This document shows positions 23,936 to 33,251 of a stretch of 33,366 nt of DNA, piece after piece. Position 1 is the stretch's first letter; every line of letters starts with the position of its first letter. The translations under genes were made by a program, and so were the position numbers. The stretch is from a virus (Duplodnaviria > Caudoviricetes), in IMG/VR virus record IMGVR_UViG_3300015050_000772, positions 1 to 33,366 of that record. One strand, written 5' to 3'. The notes under the pieces are model-generated. The model was not told the origin of the DNA, did not search any database, and worked only from the letters and a program-made list of their open reading frames with translations.

Positions 23936-25210
23936 TCAGGTTTGGTTGAACAGCATGATCCCGGTCATTTCGGGCTGCTTGTTCACGACGCCCCAGCGCA
24001 CATCCCAGCGGAACTTGGTCTTCAGCGTGTTGATGTCGAAGAACTTGGTCATCACCAGCTCCAGGCCGTTTTCGGTCGTGCCGCGCATCACTGCTGCGCC
24101 TGCATTGGTCGGCACTGCATAGCGGCCGGGCAGGATTTCCAGCGCATCCTTTTGCCAGAAAGGATTCACAGTCGTAGCCACGGTGTTCAGGAACACAATC
24201 GCGGACGTTGCCGACTTGGTGTTGATCACGCAGTTTTGATACGTGATGGTCGGGTCCGTGGCAACCTGGCTCGTGATCATCGGGGGCGAAATCACCAGCG
24301 TGGTCGAGCTCGGCACGGAGATGACGCGGAACGTCTTCAACTGGCCCGTGTCGCCCTTGGTGATGTGATGCACCGCGTTGAGAGCAGCCACCGTGAACGC
24401 ATCGCCGGCCGCGACGTTGGTCGTCGAGGAAACCGTGATGGTCTGGAAGCGGTTGTCAACATTGTTCGTTTCGCCCGTGGCTGCGGTCGAGGTCGCACGC
24501 GGAATGTAGTAGTTCGCGGCACCGTCAAGCGTGCTCATGGTGATGCCGGCACCACCTGCCGCCGCGGCCTGACGCACCGCATAGTCCAGCTTGTAGGTAT
24601 CGAAGCTGGCGACCGGACCGACAAAGGCCTTTTCGTAGGCCTTGTCAGATTTGGCATTGCCAAACGAACGGGTGACAGCTTGCAGATTGCTCGCCATGCC
24701 GTTGTAATCGCGAGTGCCAAGCGCCAGATAACGGCTGTTGCCGGGCACGCCCTGTTCGTTGAAGATCGCCTCGCATTGGGCAACGTCATCAAAGCCGCTG
24801 GCGGCGACGGTGCGCTTTACCACGAGCGTGCCTTGCAGGGCTGCTACGTTCATGATCGAAACGTTGATGTCAGAGGCAAGCTTCTGGCGTGCAGCCTGGC
24901 CGAGACGGCCTTCTTGCAGTTCGTCGCGCAGTTCCAGCGCGGTCAGAATGGCCGTGGAATGCTTGGAGTAGCCGATGGTGGCCGGTACGGCGAGTTGGGT
25001 GGCCTCGTCGAAGTTGGCCGTCGCGTCAGTGCCGTCGTGCGATTGCGCGATGTAGGGCTGTGGGCGCCAGATCACATCGTTCGTGCGCTCCATCATTGTC
25101 TGATCGGTCGTGTACTTGGACACGTTGCGCGACAAGATCAGTTCGTCTTCGAAGCCCTCAAGAACATTCTCGAAAGCGACGATTTCCTCTTTGTTAAAAC
25201 CGTTTGACAT
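23936..25210 (-). CDS. Major capsid protein (P22 gp5-like)
   Basis: 424 aa; MSNGFNKEEIVAFE...WRPQPY...WGVVNKQPEMTG; GAGG RBS; strong codon bias. Confidence 0.93.
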   Translation of the reverse strand: MSNGFNKEEIVAFENVLEGFEDELILSRNVSKYTTDQTMMERTNDVIWRPQPYIAQSHDGTDATANFDEATQLAVPATIGYSKHSTAILTALELRDELQEGRLGQAARQKLASDINVSIMNVAALQGTLVVKRTVAASGFDDVAQCEAIFNEQGVPGNSRYLALGTRDYNGMASNLQAVTRSFGNAKSDKAYEKAFVGPVASFDTYKLDYAVRQAAAAGGAGITMSTLDGAANYYIPRATSTAATGETNNVDNRFQTITVSSTTNVAAGDAFTVAALNAVHHITKGDTGQLKTFRVISVPSSTTLVISPPMITSQVATDPTITYQNCVINTKSATSAIVFLNTVATTVNPFWQKDALEILPGRYAVPTNAGAAVMRGTTENGLELVMTKFFDINTLKTKFRWDVRWGVVNKQPEMTGIMLFNQT

Positions 25211-25236
25211 TTGAATACCTCTTCAATGCGAGTTGA

Positions 25237-26073
25237 TTACTTCCGCATCTGCTTTTTGAAGGCCATGACCTTGGACATATCCCCGGTCTTCTGGGCCTCC
25301 TCGCGCAAACGCTCCAGTGTTTTGCTACTGCCAACGACTGCCGCGCCCGTGTTTTTTAGGGGCGCCTCAGGTGCGGGCTTCTCGCTTTGGCGGTTCGAAG
25401 TTTTCAAATCCTTCTCCAGTTTTGCAGCCGCGAAAGCGAATTTCACGGGGTCTTTGATTGCGGCGAGTTCAGCCAGTCGCTTGGGGTTCTTTCCAAGCGC
25501 ATACACGAGCAAAGGCGCGTTGTCGGCACCAGAAAGGATCAAGCCCTGTTGCGTCTGGGAGAGGGTTGTGACAACCTCTTCCTCTGCCTCCTTGAAGTCT
25601 TTAACCTTCAAGGTCTTGGCTGACTCTCGGTACGCGGTATGCGTTGCCTCTACCTGCTTTTGCGCTTCCTGCTGCGCGGCCTTCTGGTTCGTTTCGAAGC
25701 TGTCAATCTCTGACTTCTTCGCGTACCAGTTGTCCATCGCGGCCTGGAATTTCTCCTCGTCGTAATCGAACTCCGAGAGCTGCGGTCGAGCCGGGAGCGT
25801 TGGCTTTTGCGGCGCAGCTGGTGCGCCCTTTACAGCCTCAAGCTCACGAATCTTTTTCAGCGCCTCGCGGTGCGATTTGCGAAGATCCTTCACCCATTGC
25901 GGTGCTTCTTCTCTCTCCTGAGGAGGCGATTCCTCTTCACCAATCTGAACAACTAGCTCTTCGTCGCCATTGCCAGATTCGTCGTCGAGCGCCTCGGTCC
26001 CCGTCTCGGTTTCCTGCTCTTCGTCGTCGCCCGGCTTGGCTACCAGTTCTTCCTCTTCGGTGGTTCCTGCCAT
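25237..26073 (-). CDS. Scaffolding protein
   Basis: Acidic N-terminus, coiled coil, LVYALGKNP motif; between portal and coat. Confidence 0.85.
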   Translation of the reverse strand: MAGTTEEEELVAKPGDDEEQETETGTEALDDESGNGDEELVVQIGEEESPPQEREEAPQWVKDLRKSHREALKKIRELEAVKGAPAAPQKPTLPARPQLSEFDYDEEKFQAAMDNWYAKKSEIDSFETNQKAAQQEAQKQVEATHTAYRESAKTLKVKDFKEAEEEVVTTLSQTQQGLILSGADNAPLLVYALGKNPKRLAELAAIKDPVKFAFAAAKLEKDLKTSNRQSEKPAPEAPLKNTGAAVVGSSKTLERLREEAQKTGDMSKVMAFKKQMRK

Positions 26074-26129
26074 GTAAAGACCCAATCAACTCGGAATTGA
26101 AAAAGGCTTCCGGTAACCTTGGGTGCAAT

Positions 26130-26176
26130 ATATTGATCTGCGTATAACAAATCAAATTTATATTTACTTTTGTATA
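26130..26176 (-). promoter_or_regulatory. AT-rich conserved motif upstream of scaffold/coat (putative late promoter)
   Basis: Plus strand ATATTG-N6-GTATA-N11-TTATA-N5-TTTTGTATA; near copy at 28252-28300. Confidence 0.55.
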
Positions 26177-26181
26177 TATTG

Positions 26182-28239
26182 TTAGGCCGCGACCGGTGAA
26201 GCAGCAGGCTCGGCGCTGCTCTTGTGCGCCTCTACCAGCTTGAGCAACGTATCGATATCCAGCGCGCCGATCTTCTTGAGGATTTCATTGGTCTGCGCCT
26301 GCGTCTTGTCCGTCTCGGCTTGAATCTTCTGGGCGTTAGCCAGGGAAACCGTCGTGTCTGCTTCGGCCTTTTGAGCCAAGGCCCTCGACTTGCCGGCTTC
26401 GGCTTCCAGGAACTGCGCTTGCGGGTCGGGCGCTGCATTTGCTGCCGCGGCGTCGAGCTCGGCCTTCTCTTCATCGGTGGGCTTGATGACGCCCATGCTG
26501 ATCAGGCGGCGGCGGTTCCACTCTTTCAGATCGCCCAAGCCTTCGCCGTCAAGGTTTTGGAAGATGACGCCGGTAATTGCTGCGCGCTCTTGCGGGTCTT
26601 GCGTGTACTGCAGAACGCCGGACAGAGCCCGGACGGTTCCATCTCGACGGGTGACAAAGCTCGGGCCTACGTCCGTGACCACATCGAAGCGGCCGGCCGT
26701 CAAATCGTTTTCTTTGGTGGTCTTCCCGTCTTCCATGACGGGCTTCATGAGCTCGATGGTGTCCTCGCTGCCGTCTACACCCACCGTCTTCATTTCGCGG
26801 CTCTCTTCGTCGTACAACTCTTGGGCCATGCCCTTCCAGACCTCGCCGCAGCGTTTCATGGCCTTGGCAAAGTTGTCCATGTAGATGAAGGTCTGCATGT
26901 CCAGGCGCGTTTGAATCAACTCAACAGCCTTGGCGCTGATGTTGGAGACAACCTCCTCTGCACCACCTTGGGCGCCCAGCAACTCCTGCATGTCCACGTT
27001 GCACAGCTGCATCAAGGCGGCCAGCGCTTGGGGAATTTGCGGGGGCTTGACGTAGCCGATTGGACCGGCCGGGATGGGTGAGCCGTCGATTCCGGTAATC
27101 GCATTGATCAGCTGATAGGCCGGGCGGTCAATGCTGTCACGCGACCAGGCGTTTTCATGCCCTTGCATCTGTTCGGGCGTGAAGATGGGCTTTTCAATCG
27201 GGCTGTAAACGCTGATTTCAGCCAACAAGCTGATCAGCATGTTGTACAGGCGCATGAGGTCGGTTGTGAGGCGAACATGACCCTGAATGCGTTCAACGTT
27301 ATCGACAAAGGCGCGTTTGCCGTAGAACGGGATGATGGGGATGCACTTGCCGGCGATATACCCGCAATCCTCAAGGATTCGGTCACCGGACATGATGTAT
27401 TTATGGACGCGCTTGGTCGTGATCTTCTTGCGCCGCGCCAGGATGTAGCCCTGAGCTGTGAGCCTTTCGATTTCGTCCTCGTCCGACTCTTCGACCTTCA
27501 CCTCTTCCTTGGTCGGAACGAACCTGTAAACCAGCAAGGTCTTTCTCTTTTCTTCTACCCTGTAGTATTCGGCGATGTAGGCAACATCTGGCGTGAACCA
27601 ATCGAACTCAACCAGCGTTCCGTCTTTCTGGAATGAGGATGCATCGCCGTGCTCTTCGGTGAATGCGGCGAGGCTCATGCTGGAAATCACCCAGCATCGC
27701 GTAGCGTCCCGCTTGTCTTGACGCTTGGCGTCGGCGTCGTAATAAACCGAGGAGTCAGCGTCATAGATGGGCTCCATGCAAATGCGCTGCTTGTCGTCCT
27801 CTTCGTCTTCCTCGTCCTCGTACTTGGCCCGGACCCGCCAGGCGCCCATGCCACCAGACACGCCCTCATCGAAGGCGTTGTCATAGGCTTCCTGGGCGTT
27901 GCATTCCTGCTCATCGGCCCGATAAAGGCCGTCCATGATGTCGGCAACGTCTTCCGTTGCGCCGTTGTCCTTTGCCCGAAAGTCCACGCTCACGCGGTTG
28001 TTGCGGTATTCGTTGAATATCCGCATGACAGACATGTGGATCTTGTTGACCTCAAACCGTGGGCGGTTGGCGAACTGCTCACGGAGGGAATCCTCCCACT
28101 GAGCCCCGGGAATGGAGACGAAGCGCCGATCTTGCAGGCACTGCAAGCGCACCTCTTGTTGAGGGCTATAAGCTCGGTTGAATTCAAGCAGCGCCTCGGC
28201 ATGAACGTCAGCGAGTCGCTCCTCTTTTGTCTTGGACAT
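26182..28239 (-). CDS. Portal protein (P22 gp1-like)
   Basis: 685 aa; GAQW...RPRFEVNKI, GGMGAWRV, IPIIPFYG; C-terminal coiled-coil barrel. Confidence 0.95.
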   Translation of the reverse strand: MSKTKEERLADVHAEALLEFNRAYSPQQEVRLQCLQDRRFVSIPGAQWEDSLREQFANRPRFEVNKIHMSVMRIFNEYRNNRVSVDFRAKDNGATEDVADIMDGLYRADEQECNAQEAYDNAFDEGVSGGMGAWRVRAKYEDEEDEEDDKQRICMEPIYDADSSVYYDADAKRQDKRDATRCWVISSMSLAAFTEEHGDASSFQKDGTLVEFDWFTPDVAYIAEYYRVEEKRKTLLVYRFVPTKEEVKVEESDEDEIERLTAQGYILARRKKITTKRVHKYIMSGDRILEDCGYIAGKCIPIIPFYGKRAFVDNVERIQGHVRLTTDLMRLYNMLISLLAEISVYSPIEKPIFTPEQMQGHENAWSRDSIDRPAYQLINAITGIDGSPIPAGPIGYVKPPQIPQALAALMQLCNVDMQELLGAQGGAEEVVSNISAKAVELIQTRLDMQTFIYMDNFAKAMKRCGEVWKGMAQELYDEESREMKTVGVDGSEDTIELMKPVMEDGKTTKENDLTAGRFDVVTDVGPSFVTRRDGTVRALSGVLQYTQDPQERAAITGVIFQNLDGEGLGDLKEWNRRRLISMGVIKPTDEEKAELDAAAANAAPDPQAQFLEAEAGKSRALAQKAEADTTVSLANAQKIQAETDKTQAQTNEILKKIGALDIDTLLKLVEAHKSSAEPAASPVAA

Positions 28240-28251
28240 GGCGCGGCCTTT

Positions 28252-28300
28252 ATATTGCCGCGAGTATATTAATTGGACGACTTATACGCCGTTTTGTATA
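28252..28300 (-). promoter_or_regulatory. AT-rich conserved motif upstream of portal (putative late promoter)
   Basis: Plus strand ATATTG-N6-GTATA-N13-TTATA-N5-TTTTGTATA; TATACT on the minus strand at 28263-28268. Confidence 0.55.
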
Positions 28301-28301
28301 T

Positions 28302-29807
28302 TTATCGGCGCTTGTTGAAGTGGTTGACCGAGGGAACAACCGTCGCCGTAGAGGCGGGACGATGGGCGCCCAGTGAGTCGGCGCCGCGGCCAAGCATTCC
28401 CAGCGTATCCACTCCGTCATCAGGTGATCCGGCCGGGAATACCAGGCATTGCCGCTGCAACTCCGGCACCCAAGCGGCGCGAGGCCACATCAAACGCCCC
28501 ATGCCGGCAGTAGCAATGATGCTTTGTGCCTTTGTTGGCTTGTCCCCAATATGAGGTAGCCATTCCAACCTGCACGGAGCTTGGCGCTCTATCATGCGCG
28601 CCTTCATGCGCCCCTCGGTTGCCCGGCGAATTGGCCCTACCTCGCCAAACCATGCCAACGGCTTCCACCTATTTATCAGGTCAATCTTCTTCTCTATCCA
28701 TACCTCCGGCCCGACCTGGCCGCGCCACCAATCCAGTAGATATAGCGAGCCGTCTTGAGCTATCCCCATGATCCCGTGCTCCGTCCAATCCCCGCCGTCA
28801 GGCGTCACGGCGTAGTCAGACGCACCAATAATCCGCAGATTCAACGGGGCAACTTCATAGTCGCCCATGTCCTCCTCACGGAACAAAATGCCAGCCGATG
28901 GCGCTGGCCGTTGCTGAAACAGGCTCGTCCAAGTACGCAAGTTCATCATGAACTGCGCCCAGTGTTTTTCGTCGAACCACTCGGGCCAGAGCATTTGACC
29001 TATTTCCCGGCCCAGCGGATCGGATGCCGTCTCGCAACGGGCCTGTAAGCACAGCACGCGCCAAGTGTTGCCATCCCGACAAAGGATGTCTCCAGACTCG
29101 CCAGCCCATCCCTCAGGCAATATCCGCCCGGATACATCGTCTTCATGCCAACGGGTATTGATAATCACCACCCAGCCGCCCGGAATAAGCCGGGTCAGTA
29201 AGTCGTCCTCATAGGCCGAGAAGGTAGTGTCTCGCGTGACCTCTGAGTCGGCCTCTTGGCGCCCTTTGATTGGGTCATCTATGACGATGCCGTGAGCTCG
29301 ATTGCCAGTGATGCCGCCCAAAATACCGCAGGCCATATATTCACTGCCATTGGTCAGGGCAAACTCATCGGCCGCCCGGGATTCCGGGTCAATGCCGCAT
29401 TCAAGAATGGCTTCGGTCTCTTGCGCCCTCAAGAGTTGACGTGTGCGTCTGCCATGTTTTCGGGCCAAATCGCCGCCATAGCTGGCGAGAATGACCTTCC
29501 GCCCAGGCTTGCGACCCAGAAACCACGCAGGGGCCACGACAGTGGCATAGGTGGACTTGGCAGACCCCGGGGGAGCCATGATCATGAGCCGACCATGAGG
29601 CGTCTCCATGCACTGCTGCATCTCGCGCATGATCAGCCGGTGATGCTCCGCTTGTTGCGTCTCGATAAGCGGGATTCTGGCGTTTTCATCGGCGTCGTCG
29701 GTAGGAGCCCCGGGAATAGGGACTCTTGATGCAAAGACCTCTAGGCTTTCCCGGGCCTTGCGCCTGTACAGCAGGACCTCGGCCGCCTGCTCACGACTTA
29801 CCAGCAT
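28302..29807 (-). CDS. terL: Terminase large subunit
   Basis: Walker A APPGSAKST, GITGNRA, Walker B IVIDDP, TRWHEDD, nuclease ASDYA...DDGVD. Confidence 0.95.
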   Translation of the reverse strand: MLVSREQAAEVLLYRRKARESLEVFASRVPIPGAPTDDADENARIPLIETQQAEHHRLIMREMQQCMETPHGRLMIMAPPGSAKSTYATVVAPAWFLGRKPGRKVILASYGGDLARKHGRRTRQLLRAQETEAILECGIDPESRAADEFALTNGSEYMACGILGGITGNRAHGIVIDDPIKGRQEADSEVTRDTTFSAYEDDLLTRLIPGGWVVIINTRWHEDDVSGRILPEGWAGESGDILCRDGNTWRVLCLQARCETASDPLGREIGQMLWPEWFDEKHWAQFMMNLRTWTSLFQQRPAPSAGILFREEDMGDYEVAPLNLRIIGASDYAVTPDGGDWTEHGIMGIAQDGSLYLLDWWRGQVGPEVWIEKKIDLINRWKPLAWFGEVGPIRRATEGRMKARMIERQAPCRLEWLPHIGDKPTKAQSIIATAGMGRLMWPRAAWVPELQRQCLVFPAGSPDDGVDTLGMLGRGADSLGAHRPASTATVVPSVNHFNKRR

Positions 29808-30282
29808 TGCCGGCCGCAATCTTCATCAGCTCTTCGTCAGACATGACCGCCGCCCCTTTGAGCGCAACCGACCCGGCCAGTTCGACGTCTTGCCGGTCAC
29901 GCCAACTGCTGCGCTGGCGATTCTTCAACCAAAAAATTGCCGCGGTTGGGTCTGGCGCGTATATCTTGGTGATGGGGGTTTGCGTAATAACGCCCTGGTA
30001 GTTGGAAATATGCACCTCTGGATGCTCAAACCCCATGGCGCGCTGGTACAGACGATCAGCAACATCGGCGTCGGCTTGCATCTTCCCGCTTTTTATGGCG
30101 TCGGAAAATTCTGGATGTACCTTCTTCCATTCATGGACCGTATCCACGTTCACATTGAAGAAATCGGCCAGTTCAGGATCAGTCGCGCCTAGCAAACACA
30201 GCTTACGCGCCTGTTCCGGAAACCCGTCCTGATACTTGCTTGGGCGCCCTACTTTTGTCTTTTCTGGTGCCTTCTTAGCCAT
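29791..30282 (-). CDS. terS: Terminase small subunit
   Basis: GRPSKY...LCLLGATDPELADFF...HPEF...AAIFWLKNR; overlaps the terL start. Confidence 0.92.
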   Translation of the reverse strand: MAKKAPEKTKVGRPSKYQDGFPEQARKLCLLGATDPELADFFNVNVDTVHEWKKVHPEFSDAIKSGKMQADADVADRLYQRAMGFEHPEVHISNYQGVITQTPITKIYAPDPTAAIFWLKNRQRSSWRDRQDVELAGSVALKGAAVMSDEELMKIAAGNAGKS

Positions 30283-30541
30283 TTACAGCCATCTCCCCGT
30301 AAATCTCCCGGCTGAGCGATTCCATTGGGCTTTCGCAAGGAGGTGGAAAGCGCTGCAACTCCTCGCCAGTGGGAACGGTTCCAGCCTCTTTGTGAACAGC
30401 CAGGAGCGCGGTGAGCTCGGCATTGTTGGCGGCCGTTCGCTGCTCATACTCGCTTTGGCGAGTGACGAGCTCCGCATCCTGGAGACGCACGGCCAATAGA
30501 CCGGCGAATTTCGCGGCTTTTTGAATTGACAAGTGGCTCAT
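30275..30541 (-). CDS. Hypothetical protein (88 aa)
   Basis: Overlaps the terS start; same strand as the late operon. Confidence 0.6.
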   Translation of the reverse strand: MSHLSIQKAAKFAGLLAVRLQDAELVTRQSEYEQRTAANNAELTALLAVHKEAGTVPTGEELQRFPPPCESPMESLSREIYGEMAVNG

Positions 30542-30694
30542 GCTCTTTCTCGTGTTTGGGCGACCATCGGACTTACCGTGATGGCTGGTCGCTGCCGTTC
30601 ACATCCCACCCGAACGGTGATGTATTCGCGAAACTTGCCGGGAATTGCCCGTCCCGGCTCCGCATCGGGCTCACGGTGGCCTCGGGGTTGATCC

Positions 30695-30742
30695 ATATTA
30701 CGCATCTATCCTAGAAATTCAATCTATATATTCAAATGTATA
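30695..30742 (-). promoter_or_regulatory. Degenerate third copy of the AT-rich motif, upstream of the packaging operon
   Basis: ATATTA...CTATA...AATGTATA spanning 48 nt, versus 47 and 49 nt for the other copies. Confidence 0.4.
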
Positions 30743-31077
30743 GAAAGTGAAAACACCGAGTTGACCAGACCTGTCGGGGCCGTGGTCCCCTCTACCGGCA
30801 CGCTGCGGCATTTCGGCGTCATCACTTTTTGCTCTTCTGCCGCCCACCTCGCCAACAATTGGAGGCCGGCAGGGGTCAATTTGTAGGCGGCGGGGTTGTG
30901 ATGGGCGTTGACCCTCTCCAATAGCCTTTTCCCGCGGTAGCGCATTGCATATATCCGGGCCTTGTGCTGGCCTGCTGCTGTCGGCTCTCCCCATGCTGCT
31001 GCCAGTTGTTGACAGGTCAGGACCAGGTCTGGCTGAAACGCCATGAGGGTTTTTAGGACGCCGGCCGACTCCTTCAT
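30724..31077 (-). CDS. Winged helix-turn-helix DNA-binding protein; candidate late regulator
   Basis: LTCQQLA...RLLERV...AYKLTPAG wing motif; ATGA coupled to the kinase gene. Confidence 0.65.
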   Translation of the reverse strand: MKESAGVLKTLMAFQPDLVLTCQQLAAAWGEPTAAGQHKARIYAMRYRGKRLLERVNAHHNPAAYKLTPAGLQLLARWAAEEQKVMTPKCRSVPVEGTTAPTGLVNSVFSLSIHLNI

Positions 31078-31538
31078 GAGTCCCACCACTCGGCCTTGCG
31101 CATCCGCTTTGTCATGCCGTTCTCAAACATTAGGTGCGTGCCGTAGTCGTGGCACACCAGAAAGTCCTTCCGGCCGGTCCTTTTTGGCCCAGGCGACAAC
31201 ATCCCGTAATTGGTCCTCTTGAAGTCGCACAGGAACGCTGGTAGATGGGTGACAAACTCCTTTGGGGCTGGTGGTCTTGTTCGCTCCATGATTAGGACTG
31301 AGCCGTTTGGACTTATCCAACGACAGGCCGCGAACCAGCGTGAATATGCCGTGTCCTTGACGCGTTGCCAGGTTTCCCACTCAATGACGTTTTGAAACTT
31401 GCCAGCATCCTCCTCCACCTTGACCACGCAATCCGGCAAGAGCTTGCTTGTCCAAACCGTCCGGCTCATGCCATAGCCGATTCGATCATCACAAATCAAG
31501 TCAAATACTTCTCGATGAATTGAAGGTGTTGTGCTCAT
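31074..31538 (-). CDS. Minimal protein-kinase-like protein (154 aa)
   Basis: IGYGMSRTV (Gly loop), VVKVE (Lys), QNVIE (helix C Glu), LIMER (hinge), CDFKRTNYG (catalytic loop), HDYG (DFG). Confidence 0.8.
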   Translation of the reverse strand: MSTTPSIHREVFDLICDDRIGYGMSRTVWTSKLLPDCVVKVEEDAGKFQNVIEWETWQRVKDTAYSRWFAACRWISPNGSVLIMERTRPPAPKEFVTHLPAFLCDFKRTNYGMLSPGPKRTGRKDFLVCHDYGTHLMFENGMTKRMRKAEWWDS

Positions 31539-31616
31539 TTCCAGTCCTTTTTAGTTATTCCCGACCACGTTGCAAGCCCCTTGTTAAGCATTTCTAGCGG
31601 TAGAGGTGGGGCAGAG

Positions 31617-32201
31617 TTAGCAGCTGCACGAAAAGAAGTGGTCCTTCTTGTCTTCTGGCACGACAGTTCCGGTGATTTTTTCAAAGGCCGGCCAGAAGGT
31701 TCCAGCGTTAAAACCGTCACGCCAGTCTTCTCCCCCAAATTGCGTAACATAGCCGTCATCCCAGCCCTTGGCATGGCTGCGTCCGTACTCAATCAAGGCG
31801 CCGTAAGACAAGCCCATGTCTTCAGCCATAGCGCGAATGAGGGCCTCGGCTGCGTTAGAGGGGGAGGCCTTGATCGCGGTCACCTCCAGGGAGTCTGGAA
31901 AATCTGGATGTGCCCACACATGCCGCAAGGAGGTGATCTGGCGCGGATAGACCACGAGCCAGAACTTGTCCCCCTTGCTCAAGGTGGTATTCAGGAAGGG
32001 GTCAACGATGCCCAAATGTTTTACGTCGCCGGTATAGGCCATGCCGTCACGAAGCCCGATGTGGTCGCCGGCACGAAGGAATTGCCCGGCGATTGCCGGC
32101 TCTACCGCCAAATGGATTGCATCCCGGGCAACGCCATCAACCAAAACTGAGCCCAGCGTTTCAAGGGCGTCTGTTGCTACTGATCTGTTATCTCCGCTCA
32201 T
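31617..32201 (-). CDS. Hypothetical phage protein (RDAIH...GIVDPFL...ITSLRHVW), ending in SCSC
   Basis: AGGAG RBS; 194-aa ORF on the operon strand. Confidence 0.75.
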   Translation of the reverse strand: MSGDNRSVATDALETLGSVLVDGVARDAIHLAVEPAIAGQFLRAGDHIGLRDGMAYTGDVKHLGIVDPFLNTTLSKGDKFWLVVYPRQITSLRHVWAHPDFPDSLEVTAIKASPSNAAEALIRAMAEDMGLSYGALIEYGRSHAKGWDDGYVTQFGGEDWRDGFNAGTFWPAFEKITGTVVPEDKKDHFFSCSC

Positions 32202-32249
32202 CTTCTTCTCCTGTTGTGCGCCGACATACCCCGGCCGCTGGGTATCGTC

Positions 32250-32657
32250 TTATGCAAATTCCTGCTCGTAAACTTTCACACCGCGAGCCGCAGCGGTGGC
32301 ATGTAAAAATTCCAGCAATTCACTGAACTGGGCCTTTGGCATCTTTGAGGTGCGCATGCCCAGCATCACAACCCCGCCGTCCAGCCCCATCGCCAGGCGC
32401 GAGGTTTCCCGCTTGAATGCGGCCGTGAGTACGTCTTTCCATTCCTCGGGCTCCATGCGTACCATCTGGCCGTTTACCGGCCATTTCAATTGCTTGCTGA
32501 AAGCCTCCAGAATCGGCCACATGGCGGCGTTGGCATCAAGGCTTCTGATTGGCGGAAGAACTTTTACGGTCCAACCGTCTGGACAGTCGCGAACGCAATC
32601 CACAGCACGGGAGCGCGCCTGCGCATGAGATAAGACAAACAATTTTTTATCGTCCAT
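32250..32657 (-). CDS. ninB: NinB/Orf-family recombination protein
   Basis: [10 protein letters not shown]...SKQLKW...EEWKDVLTA...GMRTSKM...FSELLEFL. Confidence 0.85.
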   Translation of the reverse strand: MDDKKLFVLSHAQARSRAVDCVRDCPDGWTVKVLPPIRSLDANAAMWPILEAFSKQLKWPVNGQMVRMEPEEWKDVLTAAFKRETSRLAMGLDGGVVMLGMRTSKMPKAQFSELLEFLHATAAARGVKVYEQEFA

Positions 32658-33132
32658 TTGGTGCTCGCCTGTTATTTGCCTGCTCTTTCGCAGTAGCCCA
32701 TCGGCAATTCCCGGGCTCATAATTTCCGTTGTTGTCCACCCTATCGATTGACATTCCAGCGTCGGGGATGCCCATGTCCTCAATAAATGCCTCGAATGAA
32801 TTTCTCCAACGGATACAGACCTCAATCCCACGACCGCCATATAAATGACGCTCGGGGTATTTTTCGTAATGACAGCGATTTATCATGTCCCGCCAAATTC
32901 GGTAGGGCCTGGCTTTGCTCAGCCCGTGCGTCTTGCTTCGCCGAGAAGTCTCTTCATCTCGATAGCATCCGCAAGATACTGTTCTACCCTGCATCAAATG
33001 AGTTCCGCGCACCGTGCAAGCACTGCCGCACTCACACTTACATTCCCACATGAGCTTGCCACTATCACGCCTTTCACTCAGAGCGATGACGTGGAGACGT
33101 CCAAACTTCTCGCCGATCAGCTTATTAGTCAC
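32647..33132 (-). CDS. HNH-like homing-endonuclease-type protein
   Basis: LIGEKFGRL...WECKCECG...SCGC; YGGRGI; [20 protein letters not shown]. Confidence 0.85.
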   Translation of the reverse strand: MTNKLIGEKFGRLHVIALSERRDSGKLMWECKCECGSACTVRGTHLMQGRTVSCGCYRDEETSRRSKTHGLSKARPYRIWRDMINRCHYEKYPERHLYGGRGIEVCIRWRNSFEAFIEDMGIPDAGMSIDRVDNNGNYEPGNCRWATAKEQANNRRAPNGR

Positions 33133-33251
33133 ATCGCCTCCCAGTCCCGGTAAGCATCAAGTGGCGTATATCCCAGCCCCATGCGCATGCACTCCTCATG
33201 CTGGCTTGAGCAGTGCCATAGGCCTTTGTAGAACCAGAGGCGGGGTTTCAT
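33129..33251 (-). CDS. 40-aa phage protein ([14 protein letters not shown]...[16 protein letters not shown]), not in the ORF track
   Basis: GGAG RBS; ATGA and GTGA overlaps at both ends. Confidence 0.7.
   Translation of the reverse strand: MKPRLWFYKGLWHCSSQHEECMRMGLGYTPLDAYRDWEAM

Noticed and set aside
23942-25207. 421-aa antisense ORF mirroring the coat gene
   Set aside because: Expected from strong codon bias in a GC-rich, highly expressed gene; no RBS or recognisable motifs
31535-31792. 85-aa ORF overlapping the 31617-32201 gene
   Set aside because: Mostly an alternative frame of the upstream gene; at most an 18-aa peptide from ATG 31591 is plausible, without enough evidence
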